A stretch of DNA of 64,000 nucleotides from a virus (IMGVR_UViG_3300049143_000045:2798-66797); one strand, 5' to 3'. Positions 18,814-29,027 are shown, counted from the stretch's first letter. Numbers and translations are program-made. The notes: generated by a model not told the origin, from the sequence alone.

Positions 18814-21800
18814 ATGGCCGACCGCACCGTAACAACCCGGCTGAAACTGTCCGTCGCCGACTGGACTACTGGGAAGAACGCGGTCAAGCGCGACCTCAAG
18901 GATCTCAATCGTCAGTTCGCCGACTCTGCGGGGGCCGCTGCCGGCTTCAGAAAGAAGCTTGAGGACGCGACTGCGCGGCTGCCGAAGATTGAGATCGACG
19001 CGAACTCCTCAGCGGCTGAGATCAAGCTTGCGGGTCTCCGCTCGGACCTGGAGAAGCTCGCAGCCAAGCGCGTCGGCATCGACATCGACGCGGGCGACGC
19101 GCTGGCGGAGATGGCCAGGCTGCAGGCCGAGCTCGCCGCGCTGGAGGACGGCGCCTCGTTTGAGGTGCGGGCCTCGGTTCAGGAAGCGCTCAACGATCTC
19201 GCGCAGGTCGATGCTGAGGTTGCGCGCCTGGTGGGTGAGCGACCCCGCATCACGGTGGATGTGGATACGCGGGGGGCGCTCGCTGGCCTCGGCAAGATCG
19301 GTGCAGGTATGGCTGCGCTCGGCACTGGAGTTCCGGTGGTCGCGAGCTTGGGCGCTGGGGCCGTCGCCCTCGGCAGCTCGTTCGCCGCAGCTGGGGCGGG
19401 AGCCGTCGCTTTCAGCACCGTCGCGACTGCCGCGATGGAGCGCGTCACGGAAGCGGTCGACAGCCAGGACTACAGCAAACTGAGCCCCGCAGAGTTCGAC
19501 CTGGCGCAGGAATGGCAGACGTTCTCCAACGTCTACCTTGCTTGGCAGCGGTCGCTGAACCCGCAGGTCATTCCCGCGATCTCCACGGGGCTCGGGCTGA
19601 TGGGCTCGACGCTGCCGAAGATCAGCCCTCTCGTGGCTGGCACCGCGGGCGCGTTCACCACGCTCGGGCGGGAAGCCCAGACCGCGCTAAACGGCCCGTT
19701 CTGGGACGAGTTCCTCACCAATATCGGCGTCGCTGGGCCACAGGCCGTCCTCGGTTTTGGTCGGTCCTTCGGCAACGTCGCCGGTGGCGTGGCGGGCGTG
19801 ATCAACGCCTTCCTGCCTTGGCAGGGCACCGTCGTGGGCGGGCTCGAGGACGCCACCGCGAAGTTCCGCGAGTGGGGGCAGTCGCTCGACAGCAACCCCC
19901 AGTTCAAGGAGTTCATGGCCTACGTTGAGCAGCACGCCCCCGAAGTGTGGGCGCTGATCAAGAACCTCGCGAGTGCTCTCCTCAACGTCGGCGAAGCCGT
20001 CGTGCCCCTCGGCGTCGGCTCCATGGCAGGGATCAACCTCCTGGCCACCATCGTTGCCGGCATGGACCCGCAGCACATACAGCTCATCGCAGCCGCGATC
20101 ATCGCTGTGAAGGTCGCGCAGGGCGGCCTGGCGGTGGCCTCATTCTGGGGAGACCTCACAGGCAAGCTCGATGGCCTGGGCCGCTCCGCCGATGGCGCTA
20201 AGGGCAAGCTGGCCGGACTGGCTAGCTCGCTCGCGGCGGGTGGTGTCGCCGCTCTGGTCGGAGCTGCAGCGATCGCTGTGGACAAGCTCACCGATGAGCT
20301 GTCCGGCCTTAATCCCAACATCGACGAGCTGGCCAAGCGCACCGTTGATCTCGCGCAAAAGGGTGCGCCGGCCAACGTGATGCTCAGCCAGTTCAGCACC
20401 ACCCTCGACACTCTCGCCGGAGACATGGGCAGGTCGGCCACCTGGTTCGCCCCCGCGATCGGCCAGTTCGAGTCTCTCAGCGACACCGTTCAGCGGCTGA
20501 CCAGCGGCGGCGTCTTGGACGGCTTCGCCACGGGCATCGGCGATATGGTCAGCTCGGTAACCGGCGACCTGTACACCATGGACACCGGCGTCCAGCGGCT
20601 CGGCAACGTCGACAAGACGCTGGCTCAGATGGTGCAGTCCGGCAACGGGCAGCAGGCCGCGGCGCTGTTCAACGAGCTGGCCAAGCAGTCGGGTCTCGCT
20701 GGCGCCGATGTCGACAAGCTGAAGGCGTTGCTCCCTGAGTACAGCGGGGCGATCACAGCGGCTCACCAGCCGACCGCCTCCACGGGTGACGCCCTGAAGG
20801 ACCTCGGCACGTCGGCGAGCACCGCGGCCGGGAACATCACCACCCTCAGGGGGGCGATCGGCCAGCTGGTCGGTATCACAACGAACGCGATGACTGCCGA
20901 GATCGGCTACAAGCAGGCCTTGGACGACGCAACGGCAGCGGCCAAGGCGAACGGCGAAGCGACCTCCACGAATACACAGAAGGGTCGCGACAACCGAGAA
21001 GCGCTGATCGCCCTGGCGCAGTCCGCTAACACCTACCGTCAGGCTCTGGTGGATCAGGGTGTGCCGCTCGACCAGGTCAACTCCAAGCTGGGCAGTCAGC
21101 GGGCCGCGTTCCAGAGGGCTGCTGAGGCCATGGGCTTCAGCAAGAAGGAAGCTCAGGACCTGGCGACGAAGCTCGGCCTTATCCCCGGCAACGTGAAGAC
21201 CGACGTAAAGACGCCAGGTGGCCGCGAGGCGCTCGCGCTGATCAAGGAATACGAGGCCAAGCTTCGGGCTCTGGACGGCAAGAACATCACGAACACGATC
21301 ACGACGATCCGATACACGCGCGAGCAGATTCTGCAGAAGAACCGCGAGGTTGGAGCGATCGACTACTACGAGTCGGGCGGCATCAGGGCTTTCGCTTCGG
21401 GCGGCATGACGACCGGGCCCAGGCCTGGTCCGCACATCGCGACCAGGCCGACAGTCCTGTACGGCGAGGGCCGAGCACCTGAGGCGTTCATTCCCTACGA
21501 CACGGCGTTTCGGCAGCGTGCCGTTGGCTTGCTTGGCCAGGTCGCCGACGATTTCGGGCTGTCTCTGTACAACAAGGAGGCTGCTCTGCAGGCGCGAGAC
21601 CTGACGGGCGGGCTCAAGGAGGCGAACACCGGCATCTCAACCAGCCTGGCGGCTGCTACGACGACGCTGGACGAGACGCTGGGCTCGGCGGGCACGCTCA
21701 CAGGGGCGATAGTCAACGTCGGTGATGTCGGCCAGGACCTGACCGCAGGCTGGGTTGAGGGTTCTACGGTGCTGGGCGACTCCGTGACTGACATGGGCGT

Positions 21801-22368
21801 GGCCGTTAAGGGGGCTGGGACGACGGTCTCGACTTCTCTTGGCGAGCTGGGCGACACGGTGCAGAACCTCGCAGCTGTGATCGGCGAGGCTGCGTCGTGG
21901 ACGGCCGGCGCGTCGAAGGGCAAGGGGTCGCCCCCTCCTGTGCAGACGGGTGACAAGTACGGGCCCACGGATGCTGAGATCCGGGCGCGGATGAAGAAGG
22001 CGCCCCCGACGCAGACCGGCGACAAGTACGGGCCGAGCGATGCGGAGATCCGTCGCCGGCTGGCTGCGCAGGCGGCTGTCGTCCCGGGCGGCAGCTTGCG
22101 CGAGGTGAACAGCGGAGGTTCTGCGGGGGTGTCTGCTCCGGTTAACACCTCGCGGGTGTCGAGGCCCCAGGCGATGCCCAGCGGCGGTTTCGTCGGCGGC
22201 TCTTACGGCTCGGGCGGCGGTACAGCGTTCACGGGCGGGCGTTCCTCGGCGGGTTCGGGTGGCGCTCCGGTCATCAACGTGGACATGTCGAACAGCGTGA
22301 TCCGCGAGCCGACGGACGTGCCCAAGTTGGCGGCTCAGTTCGGGTTCGAGTACACCTCGCGCGCCTGA
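18814..22368 (+). CDS. Tape measure protein
   Basis: 1184 aa, Ala/Gly-rich helical, LYGEGRAPEAFIP motif, position after chaperones. Confidence 0.92.
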   Translation: MADRTVTTRLKLSVADWTTGKNAVKRDLKDLNRQFADSAGAAAGFRKKLEDATARLPKIEIDANSSAAEIKLAGLRSDLEKLAAKRVGIDIDAGDALAEMARLQAELAALEDGASFEVRASVQEALNDLAQVDAEVARLVGERPRITVDVDTRGALAGLGKIGAGMAALGTGVPVVASLGAGAVALGSSFAAAGAGAVAFSTVATAAMERVTEAVDSQDYSKLSPAEFDLAQEWQTFSNVYLAWQRSLNPQVIPAISTGLGLMGSTLPKISPLVAGTAGAFTTLGREAQTALNGPFWDEFLTNIGVAGPQAVLGFGRSFGNVAGGVAGVINAFLPWQGTVVGGLEDATAKFREWGQSLDSNPQFKEFMAYVEQHAPEVWALIKNLASALLNVGEAVVPLGVGSMAGINLLATIVAGMDPQHIQLIAAAIIAVKVAQGGLAVASFWGDLTGKLDGLGRSADGAKGKLAGLASSLAAGGVAALVGAAAIAVDKLTDELSGLNPNIDELAKRTVDLAQKGAPANVMLSQFSTTLDTLAGDMGRSATWFAPAIGQFESLSDTVQRLTSGGVLDGFATGIGDMVSSVTGDLYTMDTGVQRLGNVDKTLAQMVQSGNGQQAAALFNELAKQSGLAGADVDKLKALLPEYSGAITAAHQPTASTGDALKDLGTSASTAAGNITTLRGAIGQLVGITTNAMTAEIGYKQALDDATAAAKANGEATSTNTQKGRDNREALIALAQSANTYRQALVDQGVPLDQVNSKLGSQRAAFQRAAEAMGFSKKEAQDLATKLGLIPGNVKTDVKTPGGREALALIKEYEAKLRALDGKNITNTITTIRYTREQILQKNREVGAIDYYESGGIRAFASGGMTTGPRPGPHIATRPTVLYGEGRAPEAFIPYDTAFRQRAVGLLGQVADDFGLSLYNKEAALQARDLTGGLKEANTGISTSLAAATTTLDETLGSAGTLTGAIVNVGDVGQDLTAGWVEGSTVLGDSVTDMGVAVKGAGTTVSTSLGELGDTVQNLAAVIGEAASWTAGASKGKGSPPPVQTGDKYGPTDAEIRARMKKAPPTQTGDKYGPSDAEIRRRLAAQAAVVPGGSLREVNSGGSAGVSAPVNTSRVSRPQAMPSGGFVGGSYGSGGGTAFTGGRSSAGSGGAPVINVDMSNSVIREPTDVPKLAAQFGFEYTSRA

Positions 22369-22408
22369 CCTCACTCATCTCACCGACCTCGAAGGAGGCG
22401 ATTCAGGC

Positions 22409-22666
22409 ATGTCCGGATACGACCCTGCAGTGCATGGCAGCTACGGCGCGTACCTGCGCAGTAAGGGCCTGCAAGTCCATGGCGGGCGGTCCACGCCCGT
22501 GCGGCGTGAGGCGGTGGACGAGGCCGGGCGGCGCCGCCGCGAGGTGACCGAGTTGACCCCCTCGGGGGCGGTTGCCACGGTCATCAACCGCTCCAGCGAG
22601 CGGGGCGACCACCAGGACGTGCATGTGCGCGCCCCCCTGGTGACCGGCAAGGCGGTGGCCAGGTGA
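22409..22666 (+). CDS. Hypothetical protein
   Basis: GAAGGAGG RBS. Confidence 0.55.
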   Translation: MSGYDPAVHGSYGAYLRSKGLQVHGGRSTPVRREAVDEAGRRRREVTELTPSGAVATVINRSSERGDHQDVHVRAPLVTGKAVAR

Positions 22667-23004
22667 GCCGCATCAAGGAGCGCGCAAAGGCTGAGCTGGT
22701 GCTGGCCTGCGCTGCCGTGACGGACAGGCTGGCCGAGGCAAAGGCCGTGCACGCCGAGCAGCCGACCGACGAGACGCGCGCCGCGCGCCGGCAGGCGATG
22801 GCCGTGGTTCACGAGACCCGCGCCTGGCTGCGCGCCAAGGCCGAGCTGGCACGGCTACCTCGAGAGATCGCCGTGCTGTCCGGTCTGACCGACCCTCGCA
22901 GCGTCGCCAAACGGCAGGCGGCCGAGCAGAAGCTGGCCCGCATCGAGCGCGACTACGGCGACCTTGTCGCTGCGATGGATGTCCTGGCTGGAGGTGGCCG
23001 CTGA
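22663..23004 (+). CDS. Hypothetical helical protein
   Basis: Translationally coupled ORF. Confidence 0.55.
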   Translation: MSRIKERAKAELVLACAAVTDRLAEAKAVHAEQPTDETRAARRQAMAVVHETRAWLRAKAELARLPREIAVLSGLTDPRSVAKRQAAEQKLARIERDYGDLVAAMDVLAGGGR

Positions 23005-23450
23005 TGGCTTGGTCTGCGAGTGGCCTGTTTGTGACCACCCACATCGACAAGTGGGATGACACCCAGTTGGCGATCGACCTCAGCTCGGAGACGCAGCTGA
23101 AGGCCGCGTTCTGGGGGTCGAGCGTCACACCGAACTTTGGCACTGACACCGCCTATGGTGTGGCGCCGTGGAACGCTGGCGAGTCCTCTGGAGCTGGCTA
23201 CGTGGCGGGCGGGGAGCCTGTGGTCAACACCACGCTCACGCACGTGTCCGGGTCGATGCGCTTCGACGCCGACAACTTCCAGATCGACGACTCGACGATC
23301 ATCGCGGAGGGCTACCTGCTGTACGCCGCTACCGTCGCCAACCGGGCGATCCTCGCGGTCTGGTTCGGCCAGGCGTACGAGACGCAGGACGGAACCTTCC
23401 TTGTAACGCATGACGCTGCCGGAATTGCGGTGCTTGATTGTACGCCGTGA
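23004..23450 (+). CDS. Hypothetical tail-region protein with a replaced 3' end
   Basis: GGAGG RBS; last 11 codons duplicated synonymously at 24385-24417. Confidence 0.7.
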   Translation: MAWSASGLFVTTHIDKWDDTQLAIDLSSETQLKAAFWGSSVTPNFGTDTAYGVAPWNAGESSGAGYVAGGEPVVNTTLTHVSGSMRFDADNFQIDDSTIIAEGYLLYAATVANRAILAVWFGQAYETQDGTFLVTHDAAGIAVLDCTP

Positions 23451-23480
23451 CCATCTGGTAAATAGTCTAGAATTACAGGC

Positions 23481-24284
23481 ATGCCTCCTCCCGTAAAAAA
23501 GCCATGCTCTTTCAATGAATGCGCCAAGATCGCCGTCGCTCTAGGCTTCTGCGGAGGCCATTGGAAACAGCAGAGCCGAGGGGAAGAGTTAACCCCGCTA
23601 CGTCCCCGCGAAGGGAACTTGGCAGTCGGCATATGCGACTTCGAAGGGTGCGAGAGGCAGCGAAAGTCCTGCGGCCTCTGCCGCGGCCACTACGGTCAAC
23701 TCCGGCGCGGAATAGAGCTGAAGCCGCTAGAGCGAATGCGCGAGCCGTGGGTTAATACGGCAGCTACATGCAGGGGGCCAGAGTGTGACCGTCGCCCCGA
23801 GAAGCAGCATCTTTGCAACACTCACTACCGCCAGCAGCAACGCAGCGGCGTGCTTAAGCCGATCAGGCGGCTCAAGGTCTGCGCGTTCGACACCTGCAAC
23901 AACGCAGCTGTGGCGCGCGGTCTATGCGGCGGGCACAACCAACAGCACAAGCGAGGACTCGAACTCAGGCCGCTGTGGGATCGCAAACCTCAGCCGGTTG
24001 TCAACTCCGAGGGCTACGTGTCGATCCTCGACCCCACGCATCCCAATGCGCGAAAGAGCGGCTACGTCTTCATCCACACCAAGGTCATGAGTGAGTTCCT
24101 TGGCCGCCCGCTATGGCCGGACGAGAACGTGCACCACAAGAATGGCGATCGCGCGGACAACCGGATCGAGAACTTGGAGCTGTGGAGTCGCTCGCAGCCA
24201 TCCGGGCAGCGAGCGGTAGACAAGTTGACCTGGGCGAGAGAGATCATCGCCCGCTATGGATCCGACCCGCGCTTCGCCTCTTAA
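23481..24284 (+). CDS. Freestanding HNH homing endonuclease with repeated Cys/His Zn motifs
   Basis: ENVHHKNGDRADNRIENLELW; four C-x4-C...CxxH repeats; lower GC than flanks. Confidence 0.9.
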   Translation: MPPPVKKPCSFNECAKIAVALGFCGGHWKQQSRGEELTPLRPREGNLAVGICDFEGCERQRKSCGLCRGHYGQLRRGIELKPLERMREPWVNTAATCRGPECDRRPEKQHLCNTHYRQQQRSGVLKPIRRLKVCAFDTCNNAAVARGLCGGHNQQHKRGLELRPLWDRKPQPVVNSEGYVSILDPTHPNARKSGYVFIHTKVMSEFLGRPLWPDENVHHKNGDRADNRIENLELWSRSQPSGQRAVDKLTWAREIIARYGSDPRFAS

Positions 24285-24300
24285 GCCACAGCCCACCACA

Positions 24301-24326
24301 AGCCCCTGGCCATGCTGGGGGCTTTT
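24301..24326 (+). terminator. Terminator-like hairpin after the HNH gene
   Basis: AGCCCCTGG-CCATG-CTGGGGGCT followed by TTT. Confidence 0.5.
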
Positions 24327-24339
24327 GTATTGGAGGAGC

Positions 24340-24417
24340 CACGTCCAGATGGTCACCTGCCGCCCACAATCACCACGCATCCTTGCCGGGATCGCCGTGC
24401 TCGACTGCACTCCGTAG
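24340..24417 (+). pseudogene. Relic original 3' end of the 23004-23450 gene
   Basis: GCC GGG ATC GCC GTG CTC GAC TGC ACT CCG TAG = AGIAVLDCTP*, identical peptide to 23418-23450. Confidence 0.75.
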
Positions 24418-24426
24418 GAGGCGACC

Positions 24427-24948
24427 ATGTCCACTGGATCGATCCTCCTGGCTCCAGGCGCTGCCCTTGTGCCCGACGGGTCAGCCTCCAACGCGGCCCC
24501 CGCCTTCCAGCGAGTCAAAAGCTCAGCGACCGCTCCAGCCCCCTACGTGCTGCAGGCCGCGTTCGATCAGACAACGCGCGAGCAGCTGCTGTGGAACTGG
24601 CGGATGCCAGCAGATTACGGCGGCTCGCCCGTGCTCAAGCTGCAGTGCCGGACCGCGCTCACTTCGGGCGCGGTCGTATGGGAAGGCCGTATCGCTGCCG
24701 TCACCCCGGCAGACGCCGTAGATGTCGGTACGAAGGCGTTCGGCTCGGCGAACACCTCGGCCGCGACCACGGTCCCGGCCAGCGCGGGCAGGTTGTTCGA
24801 AGTGTCCATCGCGATGGCGAACGCCGACTCGCTCGCCGCCGGCGACCTGGTCGTGCTGTACGTCGCCAGGGACGCCGCGCACGGCTCCGACACCGCAGCC
24901 GGTGATGTCGCCCTGGTGGCGGCGACGCTCGAATACACGACCACCTGA
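24427..24948 (+). CDS. Hypothetical tail protein
   Basis: GGAGG RBS; beta-rich, tail module. Confidence 0.65.
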   Translation: MSTGSILLAPGAALVPDGSASNAAPAFQRVKSSATAPAPYVLQAAFDQTTREQLLWNWRMPADYGGSPVLKLQCRTALTSGAVVWEGRIAAVTPADAVDVGTKAFGSANTSAATTVPASAGRLFEVSIAMANADSLAAGDLVVLYVARDAAHGSDTAAGDVALVAATLEYTTT

Positions 24949-24981
24949 CCAGGCCTGACCAGCAGAAAGGGGGTCGGGTAG

Positions 24982-26775
24982 GTGGCTCGCACATTCGACA
25001 ACGTCGACGACAGCGTGGGCTGCGCTACTGGGGCGCTGGCGTCGCAGACGGTGGCCAACGTCACCTGGGTGATGGTGCTGCGCCGCGCGGCCGACGGCAC
25101 AGCTGGCCTGATGCAAGCGTTCGGCGGCGGCAGCAACCGTTTCTGGCTGACCATCAATTCTTCCAACCAGTTGTCGCTCGGCGTCAGTTCGGAGGGCGGG
25201 TCGACGTCGGCTTTCACGGTGACCGCGGCCGAGGACTGGGTCCTGATCGCTCTCACCAAGGCGGCGGGTACGCAACCGGCGCGGTTCCACAAGCACGTCT
25301 ACGCCACCGGCGCGAGCACCCACAGCGCTGGTAGCGGCAGTGCCGGCGACGGCACCGCACCCGGATCCGGCACCTGGCGGTTCGGCTCTTTCTTCTCCAC
25401 CTACATCAACGGCGACCTCGCCGCTGCCGCGGTCTTCCCGAGGGTGCTCGACGATCAGGAGATCGACAACCTCGCGCACTCCCTGCACACCTGGCTGGCG
25501 TCGGCCCCGTCGGCGATGTGGGTGTTCGACCAGGCCACGGTAAGCCAGCCCGTGGTGGACTGGACGGGCGGCGGCGCCAACCAAAGCGACATCACCGGCA
25601 CGGCGGTGGCGGCCAGTAGCGCGCCGATCGGCTACGGCCACCCCACCCCGCTGCAGGTGAAGGGCAGCGTCCCAGCCTTCGCCGACCCGCCGCCGCTCGC
25701 CGCGTCGTGGACGCTACCGCCCCCCGCCCTATCGGTCGGTCTGGAAACCCAGCCCAGCTCTGTACTCGGGTCGTGGACACTACCGGCGCCAGACATCTTC
25801 GTCGGCAGCGCGCCACCCACCAACGTCCAGCCCAGCCCACTCGTGGCGCCGTGGACGGTGCCGCCTCCAGCAGTGTCGGTGTCGGTCACGATCCGCCCGG
25901 ACCCGCTCGTCGCCGTGTGGAGTGTGCCCACGCCGGACGTGAGCGTCCCCATCAACCCGGGCGATGACCTGGACGCCCCGGCGCAGCTCAGCTACAACGG
26001 CTTCAAGATCGGCTCGGGCACGCCGTACCTGATCGACCGGCTCAAGGGTTGGTACAGCGACATGCCTGGCATCGACAACGGCAACGTCGCGCACCCGTCC
26101 GGCGACGGCGCGATGTCCGGCCGTAAGCTGCCGCACCCCCGCACCGTCAGCGCCGAGATCAAGGTCGCGGCCACCCACGACAACATCGACCAGATCAATC
26201 TCGACTTCCTGGCGGGGCTGCCGCTGCCGGACTCTGATGAGGAACTGTCGCTGGCCGGACGGGTCGACGACCTCATCCTGACCGGCCTAGGGGCGTGCGT
26301 GCATCGTGAGCTCGCCCTGGACAGGACCCTGCGTGACGGATACATCCCCGGAATCGTCATCTGGGAGCTGGCAGACCCGCGGCTGTACTCCCGCGACCTG
26401 AGCTCGGCGACCGTGGCGGACGGTGGAACGGTGGAGGTCACCAACCCGGGCAACCGGTCCACGCGCCCCCTGGTGCGCTGCCCCGGGCCTGCGGTCACAC
26501 CCCGCCTGGAGGTGTACCGCAGGCTCGCCGACGGCACCGACGACCTGCGGGTGATCGAGTTCGACCTTGAGCTGGCGGACGGGGATCTGCTGATCATCGA
26601 CGTGGCTCTCGGCGTCGCGACCATCGGCGGCGACTCTCAGATCCGGTATCTGACCGGAGCGTCTGTCGGCCTGACGGACTGGGTGCTCGGCCGCGGAGTG
26701 TCCGAGGTCAGCTACGCGACCGTCGGGGGCGACGCACCACCTGCGGTTGTTCTGTGGCGACACGCCTACCTGTAA
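24982..26775 (+). CDS. LamG-like domain fused via Pro-rich repeats to a distal-tail-like domain
   Basis: N-terminal jelly-roll pattern (WVLIALTK...GDLAAAAVFPRVL); four PxPLxxxWxxPxP repeats; C-terminal Dit-like region (EVTNPGNRSTRP). Confidence 0.65.
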   Translation: MARTFDNVDDSVGCATGALASQTVANVTWVMVLRRAADGTAGLMQAFGGGSNRFWLTINSSNQLSLGVSSEGGSTSAFTVTAAEDWVLIALTKAAGTQPARFHKHVYATGASTHSAGSGSAGDGTAPGSGTWRFGSFFSTYINGDLAAAAVFPRVLDDQEIDNLAHSLHTWLASAPSAMWVFDQATVSQPVVDWTGGGANQSDITGTAVAASSAPIGYGHPTPLQVKGSVPAFADPPPLAASWTLPPPALSVGLETQPSSVLGSWTLPAPDIFVGSAPPTNVQPSPLVAPWTVPPPAVSVSVTIRPDPLVAVWSVPTPDVSVPINPGDDLDAPAQLSYNGFKIGSGTPYLIDRLKGWYSDMPGIDNGNVAHPSGDGAMSGRKLPHPRTVSAEIKVAATHDNIDQINLDFLAGLPLPDSDEELSLAGRVDDLILTGLGACVHRELALDRTLRDGYIPGIVIWELADPRLYSRDLSSATVADGGTVEVTNPGNRSTRPLVRCPGPAVTPRLEVYRRLADGTDDLRVIEFDLELADGDLLIIDVALGVATIGGDSQIRYLTGASVGLTDWVLGRGVSEVSYATVGGDAPPAVVLWRHAYL

Positions 26776-26814
26776 GCCTTCCACCTGCATAAACGCCTGA
26801 TCGGGGGTGATCTC

Positions 26815-28626
26815 ATGGTCGCCTCCGTCCGCTCCATCGCAGCGACCTCGCTCCGCCTGGTCGCATCCGGCACCGCGGCGCGCGGCGAAGTGCAGCCCGG
26901 TGATCTGATGCTCGCCTGGCACAGCTGCGACGAGGGCTCCACGCTCAACATGTCGATCGGCGGCGGCTGGACGCCGCTGGTGACCAAGTCGGGCATCGGA
27001 TGGACCGGCACGCGCATCTGGAAGCGGGTCGCGGGCGAGGGCGAACCTGCCACGTATCCGGTTGAGCAGGGCGACGCCGACGCCGCAGGTACCGTCATCA
27101 TCCTCGCCATCCGGCAGGGCGACACGGCCAACATCGCCATCACCTCAGCTGATGGCCAGGTGGCACCCGCCGCTACCCCGTCCACCCCGGCAGGGCTGGA
27201 GATCCGCTATGCGGCTGGTGAGGCGGTGGGCGCGTGCTCGTGGGCGACGCAGCCCGGCTACAGCGGCTTGGACATTCAGGCGGGGTCGTTCACCACCGCG
27301 ACGATCGCGGTGCGGACTTTCCTGTCGACGTCGCCGCTGTCCGCGCTGGACATGCGGCCGTCCCTGTCCAACATCAACCCGCATGCGTTCACCATCCTGG
27401 TCGGCTCGACCGACTCGGGAGGGCAGCCGCCTACCCCGCCCAGCTTCCCGGCCTTCACCCCCGGCAAGGGCGAGAGTCGTCTCAGATACACGGTGCACGA
27501 CTTCCTGACCGGCGCCTACCGCGGCGACATCAGCCCCTCCGGGGTGACCCTCGACAAGCGGATCGGCGAGCCCGGAACGTGGCGGGGACGCCTGTCGATC
27601 GCGAACGATGATGAAGGCGCGAAGATCGCCGAGATTTTCCCGGCAGACCCGGCTGACCTGCTCTCTGGGCCCGGCATGCTCGTCGTCCACACCTGGCGGT
27701 CCGGGGTGCTGTGGGGCATCCACTGGCTGCACACCACCCTCACCTCGCAGGACGGCCGTAGCGCCATCACCATGGACTTGCAGGGCTCCACCCTGGACGG
27801 CTACCTCTTGCACGTCAGTCTGGAGGAGGACCTCACCTTCGGCGGCGACCAGATCCAAAACGCCCGCGACCTGATCCTGCACATGCAGGCCACACCCGCC
27901 TCCAGTGCGGGCCTCAGCCTGATGCCGGGCGTGTCCGGGGTGGCCCGCCCGCTCGTCGCCGCAGTCAAGGACAACACGACTTACGGGCGGATCTTGCAGG
28001 AGTACGCCCGCGCTTCTGAAGGCTTCGAGTCGGTGGTCAACGCAAGGGTGGAGGACGGCGTCATCATCCGCTCGTGGGAGTGGGGATCGCCGAAGATCGT
28101 CGGCGATGGTGTGCACGTCTTCACCCAGGGCGAGGCTGGCGGCGACATCACCGGCTGGCGGGAAGAACGCTCAGCGCTGCGCGGCGGCACCCGGTGGGGC
28201 GTCATCGGCGGCACTCCTCAGCAGACTGACGCGACCGCCGCGGCGACCGCCGTACGGTCCGAGCTGGTCGCCACGCCCCACGTGGCTGCAGGCTGGCCGA
28301 TCATCGATCGGCGTCTCACCCACCCGGGCAACTCGACGAACCAGACGACAATCGACGACTACGCCACCTACTGGGCGAGCCGCGCTCCAGGCGCTCCGTC
28401 GGTGTTCAGCTTCGACGCGGTCATCGGTACCGGCGCCACCCTCGGGCCGAACTCGCTTGGGGATCAGGTGCGGGCGATCCTCAACAACCCAAGGTATCCG
28501 ATCAACGCTGACGGATCGGCCTCCTTCAACCGCTCCCAACGGCTGATCGGCTGGGAGCTTACCCCCGCCGACCGCGGACAGGGCGGCAAGGACAAGATCA
28601 AGCTCATCACCGAGGAGGCTGCGTGA
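26815..28626 (+). CDS. Minor tail/baseplate hub protein with N-terminal beta domain
   Basis: 603 aa after Dit-like gene; LRYTVHDFLTG...WRSGVLWG motif. Confidence 0.7.
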   Translation: MVASVRSIAATSLRLVASGTAARGEVQPGDLMLAWHSCDEGSTLNMSIGGGWTPLVTKSGIGWTGTRIWKRVAGEGEPATYPVEQGDADAAGTVIILAIRQGDTANIAITSADGQVAPAATPSTPAGLEIRYAAGEAVGACSWATQPGYSGLDIQAGSFTTATIAVRTFLSTSPLSALDMRPSLSNINPHAFTILVGSTDSGGQPPTPPSFPAFTPGKGESRLRYTVHDFLTGAYRGDISPSGVTLDKRIGEPGTWRGRLSIANDDEGAKIAEIFPADPADLLSGPGMLVVHTWRSGVLWGIHWLHTTLTSQDGRSAITMDLQGSTLDGYLLHVSLEEDLTFGGDQIQNARDLILHMQATPASSAGLSLMPGVSGVARPLVAAVKDNTTYGRILQEYARASEGFESVVNARVEDGVIIRSWEWGSPKIVGDGVHVFTQGEAGGDITGWREERSALRGGTRWGVIGGTPQQTDATAAATAVRSELVATPHVAAGWPIIDRRLTHPGNSTNQTTIDDYATYWASRAPGAPSVFSFDAVIGTGATLGPNSLGDQVRAILNNPRYPINADGSASFNRSQRLIGWELTPADRGQGGKDKIKLITEEAA

Positions 28627-29027
28627 GCCTCATCGACCCGTACCCGGTAGACCAGAACCGCATCATCCAGGCTCTGGAACGGCGGGTCGCCGCGCTGGAG
28701 GCGCAGATCCGCAACCGGCCCGGAGCGCCCGTCACCGAGGCGTCTGGGCCGTTGTTCCTGCCCAACTCTTCCCCGTCCACCCCGGCAGGTGGCTGCAAGG
28801 TGTACGCGGTCGGCGGTGACTTCCGGGTGATCAACTCGAACGGGGTTGTCCGGCAGATCCCCGGCACCGGTGCGGCGGTCGGAGGCCCGTCCTACGTCGT
28901 GGGTGACGCGCCGTCCAGCTACACCCCCGGATACGCGAACACCCAGTCAGCGGCGATCAACGACCAGAACAGCGTGATCACGGCGCTGCTCGCCTCCCTA
29001 CGCAACGCCGACATCATCGACGGCTGA
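28623..29027 (+). CDS. Minor tail protein
   Basis: LERRVAALE coiled coil typical of the gene after Tal. Confidence 0.6.
   Translation: MSLIDPYPVDQNRIIQALERRVAALEAQIRNRPGAPVTEASGPLFLPNSSPSTPAGGCKVYAVGGDFRVINSNGVVRQIPGTGAAVGGPSYVVGDAPSSYTPGYANTQSAAINDQNSVITALLASLRNADIIDG

Noticed and set aside
23450-24384. Group I or II intron carrying the HNH gene
   Set aside because: The upstream gene already has a complete end and stop, and no intron core structure was recognised.
24427-29027. Diversity-generating retroelement or invertible tail-fibre switch
   Set aside because: No reverse transcriptase, invertase or template/variable repeat pair seen.
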